Shown one piece after another: positions 59,957 to 64,000 of a stretch of DNA of 64,000 nt (positions are counted from its first letter, which is position 1; every line of letters begins with the position of its first letter). A program made the position numbers and the translations under genes. The stretch lies in assembly GCA_004022145.1 (NCBI GenBank), contig RCNU01000002.1, one strand, 5' to 3'. Source of the stretch: Paecilomyces variotii (Eukaryota). Under the pieces are notes generated by a model, which ran no database searches, was not told the origin of the DNA, and saw only the letters and a list, made by a program, of their open reading frames with translations.

Positions 59957-62738
59957 TTATCCTGCTCTCTGCAGCTGTCCACCAGTCGTAGCCTTGTAAA
60001 GCTCTTGCGTCAACAGATTGTAGTCATTGGCAGCAGCTGGCACCCTCAGGAGAATATCTCGTACAGTACTCAGCTGTGACATGTCAGCGTTTGGTGCTCT
60101 CTGTAGCAGCTGCTCGATCGCTGGAGCCTTTGCTTGAGGGCCAAGGAGCTGGGCCGCGGCAAGAGCACCAGTCAGCTGCATGTGGTGAGGCTGTGGAGGA
60201 TGATACCGCTGCTCTCGCGCAGCTAGATACGACTGCTGCAAATGCTGCTGAGCAGGATCAATTGGAACATTATGAACAGGCATGTTTCCCACATACGCCG
60301 ACTGGGGAGGTGGAGAGATATGAGACCCTGGCACAGCAGCAGCGGGCACAGTGTGAGACTGTTGCGGCGTGGCCGACGTAGATGTTAAAGGGCTTGCAAT
60401 ACTCATGGGAGGTTCCTGGCTCGGCCGATAATGAGCTGGCTGAGCTGAAGGTGTATTGTTGCTGGAATCGCCTGTCTTGACCACAAAGACCACTAGAAGC
60501 ATCCTCTCCAGAGTAGGCTCTTCAAGTGTATTGTTCTCCAAGAGCTCGATAAACTCAGGCTTCTTCGTTGACCCGGCTTCGATGGGCACTATATACGTAT
60601 CTTTGACTGAAGGGAGTGGGTGTTTCCCGATGACACCGTATCTTTTGCGGTCCGCAAAATAGTTGAAGAGTTTGTCGAACCCAGCACGATCTGCCGGAAA
60701 TTCAGGGGCAGAGATCGAAATAACTGTAACATCCGTCGACGTACTGAACCTCAAACCACAGAGGTAATTGCTGGCAAGCTGGATATCTATCCGACCATCG
60801 ATCAAGAGGGTCGACGGAGCAAGCTGGCTCCATGGGATCCTGCCACTGAGGTCTGCTCCTCCAACATGCTTTGCAGACGCTGAAAACTCAGCAACAGGAT
60901 TCATCACAACCCTCCCGCGCCAGATCAGACCGTCATCATGGAAGTCCTTCGGCGAGTAAGGCGGAGACTCCGCCTCCTCGTCCTTGAGCAGTTGGTCGAT
61001 TTCTGCATCTGCCTGCACTCTTCCTCCGGTAACAGGCTCACGTATGTTCACAGGCACCTCGGGGAAGACCTGATCATGAGTGGTACCGCCAGGTGACCGA
61101 ACAGGCTGCCAGGTGTGCTGGTCCCCGTCAATGTCTTTATCCCCGGCACCTGTATTGATATGGTGAAGACGAGCAGAGCCATGCTGATGTTGTACATTAG
61201 GGCTAGCTGGGCTATGTCTCTGGTTGTCATCGGAATCGTCGACTGGACGAGTGGGAGCCTTTGAAAAGATGGACTCAGATGCCACGTTCTGGTTGTCGTC
61301 TTCGATGATTTCCTCCCCTTTGTGGGTGCGTCTTATCCGTGGCCCTAGCTCTTGTACGATGATGTGCTGCTTTTCAGCCTCCCTCTTGATCTCAGCATCT
61401 TTCTGCTGGAGCTCCTCACTTGCCATATCCTGTGAACTCATCTTTGATAGTGCCTCGGGGGAAAGACTACCTACGAGCAGACGATCCCGCAGAGAAGGAT
61501 TCTTCTTTACGTTGAACAGGATCGTCCGTAGTTGTAACTTATATGGCTCGCTCGGTTCTCCTGACCCCCCGCAAATATTCTGATACATGGCATTCTCGAT
61601 AGCAAGACCGAGCTGCCGCCCAACATCCTCGGCTGATTTCTCGGCTGGGAGCTGGAAAGAACCACGCTTCAGAGCTTCAGGAATTTGATCTACAAAGAGC
61701 TTGACTAGGGCGCTCGCAACACTCCTGCGAGCTGGGTTCGCAATCTCTTCAGGGGTCCCGACCGTACCTGGTGCGGCCTTCTCTTCGACTGGAGCTTGCT
61801 GCGGAGGGCTCGCAGCAGTATTCGGATTTTGCCCATGGCCTGGTGTCACTCGCCCGTTGTGATCTGCATCCGGTTTGCTCTGAGACGACAGCCGTCGTTG
61901 CTTGGACTTTGATTCCTGTTTCATGGTTGTTAGTTATCTTATCCACAAAAGGAGTGGTCTTGCAAGACTTACCACCTCAAGTTCTGTGGCTTCTTGATTC
62001 TCTTCGAACTTGCGCTTCTGGCCGCTATTCTGAAGGGTTTCGGACGTCGCTCCATTCTTCTGATCATGTACGGGCGTCGCGGCTGGAGCTGGAGTCGGGG
62101 TGGCCGTTGTGGCAGACGGGAGTTCAACGCTCACCTCAGACTTTGCATCGCTTGGGCGAGCCTTCTTGCCTCCTTTCTTGCCTTTCTTCCGCCGTGCTTT
62201 CTTCTCTTCGGCCTGTTGTTGTCTTATCTTGGCAGCCTCCTCCCAAGGCTTCTCGCCACGAGCGATCTTATCCAGAAGGACTTTGTGGTTCTCGGGTTTG
62301 CATTGTTCACAGAAGTATTCCGCCGGCTCTTCTCCTTTCGCGAAAGTGAGACCCATACAATCATTGTGCTGCCATGCTGAACACTTGTCACAACATATCA
62401 TATCACGTTCCACGTCTTCCTCCTCCTCATATTCACCACAGATGCACCGGATGATTTCTTCCTCCTCGCTCGGTGCCGGGGTAGGTTCGGCCGAGGGTTT
62501 GGGAGGTTTGTCCTTAGACTGAGATTTGGCCTTTGATTTCTTTGTCGGAACATCCGGCGTTAAATCGAGGTTCTTGTGCTGGCCCTTTGTGGCCCGTCCG
62601 GAGCGTCGAGGTTCATCTGGTTTGTGGTTAGCTGCGTGCTCGTGTCTCAAAATCAGGGGATATCGCCAGAACGCCACCGCTCGCACGAGGGAGTTCTATG
62701 ATCCCTTGGACTCGGGTATCTAATAGCTTACCAGCCAT
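59957..62738 (-). CDS. BYE1: Transcription factor Bye1 (PHD + TFIIS-central + SPOC)
   Basis: Exons 62738-62732, 62616-61973 and 61915-59957. PHD finger IRCICG..CDKCSAWQHNDC..CEQC; YKLQLRTILFNVK and RRTHKGE; SPOC domain with WRG, DGRI and RYGV. Confidence 0.93.
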
Positions 62739-63188
62739 GATGAGGATAGACAATAATGTATGACTCGAAATTCTACGACCAGAGCGATGTCTTGAGGTTG
62801 TTGCGCCAGCGGGCAACTATCTTTCTACGGCATTGAAAAACTAGTAATACACGAGGTTGGAGAGACTGGACTGAAATACGAAATATCAGTCCGCTGTTGG
62901 TATTATTCTTTTCCAACGGTTCCCGCGCGCTCCGGTGAAGATAAAGCGACCTCAGTGACCACGCGGTGCGCGAGCCTGCCGGTTGTCGCGAATCCTAATC
63001 CTGGGTGGTGTTACCGGCCTGGATCAACTCCAGTGGTAGTCAAATCGCGCGGTACTATTGAACGTATCGCGATGGAGATCGAATGCTCGAGTGGTGTGTT
63101 TCAGGCGTGGGTCTTGCTGAGGAGATGAGCTGAAGTCGAAACAGACGGAATTTGAAGTCGCCTCGCGCGACGAGCTTACCTAATAACT

Positions 63189-63197
63189 GTCACGTGA
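63189..63197. promoter_or_regulatory. GTCACGTGA E-box between divergent BYE1 and the ZNF830-like gene
   Basis: Exact motif seen in the shared promoter. Confidence 0.4.
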
Positions 63198-63404
63198 ATA
63201 GAGGCTCCGCGGGGAGTCTTGGCAGCCGTCACAAGATCGGAGCCGCGCCCAGATCAAGGCTCAGCGGGTCATCATTCTCACCTCCAGCTCTTTTCCACTC
63301 GAACGCAACAAGACATTCACTGATCTCGGTTGTCATCACTCAGATCTTAAAATCTTAAAATTAGAATAACAAAGCATCCACTTCAGCCTTTGTGGTTACG
63401 CGCC

Positions 63405-64000
63405 ATGGCAGACGTACGATCGTTGCTGCGCAATGAGCTCGCCTCCCGAAGGGGTACTTCACAAGCAGGCCCCTCAAAAACGCGACTCAACAAGAAGCGC
63501 AAGGTTGATGCTGACGACAATATTACGCGCAAGAAGCTAAGGCCTGCTGGTTCAGGTGCTGCGCGATTACCACCAGATACGGGAAAAGTTGAACCTCCCA
63601 GCGCAGAGGCTTTCAAGGACGAAGAATTGGGGGAAGAAGAAGAACATGCTGGAGTCGAGCCTCCGCCAGAGGACACGGATCTCGAAGCGCGTGATACAAG
63701 TGATACTGCAGCGGCAGGTCAAAGTAACCAGGCCATTGACGAGGATGAGTGGGCAGCCTTCGAACGCGAAGTAGCCTTGCCGACACGCGTACCTCAAGCT
63801 ACTATACCTGCTGCTGCCGCAGCAGCTCCGACAATCTCAGCAGCACCGATGACCGCGGAGGAAATAGCCGCGCAAGAAAAGCAAGACAATGAATCAATAG
63901 CACGCGCGCGGGAAGCGGAAGCAGAGGGGGAGCGTGAGGACGCGGCCCGGTTCCTCGAAGAAGAGTTTGATGAGATGGATCAGTTGGAAGAGCGAGTGAG
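63405..64000 (+). CDS. ZNF830/CCDC16-like coiled-coil protein, 5' part (runs off the window)
   Basis: Open from ATG 63405 (MADVRSLLRNELASR) to the window end. Contains IDEDEWAAFEREV, TISAAPMTAEE and LEEEFDEMDQLEERV. Confidence 0.7.
   Translation, partial: MADVRSLLRNELASRRGTSQAGPSKTRLNKKRKVDADDNITRKKLRPAGSGAARLPPDTGKVEPPSAEAFKDEELGEEEEHAGVEPPPEDTDLEARDTSDTAAAGQSNQAIDEDEWAAFEREVALPTRVPQATIPAAAAAAPTISAAPMTAEEIAAQEKQDNESIARAREAEAEGEREDAARFLEEEFDEMDQLEERV

Noticed and set aside
1-64000. tRNA, 5S rRNA, intact transposon or secondary-metabolite backbone gene
   Set aside because: By eye I recognised no cloverleaf with A/B boxes, rRNA, transposase/reverse transcriptase or PKS/NRPS motifs; a covariance-model scan would be needed to exclude small RNAs.

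Overview
Intron-containing DNA from a filamentous ascomycete, probably Eurotiales (Aspergillus/Penicillium-like; inferred from the protein families, GT-AG introns mostly 50-130 nt, and CTRAC branch sites). I built about 28 gene models by hand from splice signals. The housekeeping genes are BFR2, IND1, mitoribosomal bL33m and uL6m, an LSB5-like gene, MET22, KAR5, GPI16, LUC7, BYE1 and a ZNF830-like gene. Two accessory-looking blocks sit among them. Block 1 (about 15.5-26.5 kb) holds an MDR oxidoreductase, an M20 amidohydrolase, a GH79 + GH16 pair, a bZIP/DUF3425 regulator and a secreted 6-Cys knottin-like peptide. Block 2 (about 31.5-38.3 kb) holds a PD-(D/E)XK-like ORF, a disordered orphan and a DUF6914-like protein. 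The clearest structural signal is a nested intron-within-an-intron ([D1,2] stwintron) in the lipase gene at 13572-13679. Other highlights are a probable arabinogalactan-degrading gene pair, a carboxypeptidase-inhibitor-like knottin, a possible membrane-anchored MET22 isoform and a 1317-aa coiled-coil protein with transverse-filament-like architecture. I saw no tRNA, rRNA, CRISPR array or intact transposon. Family assignments come from recalled motifs, not database searches.
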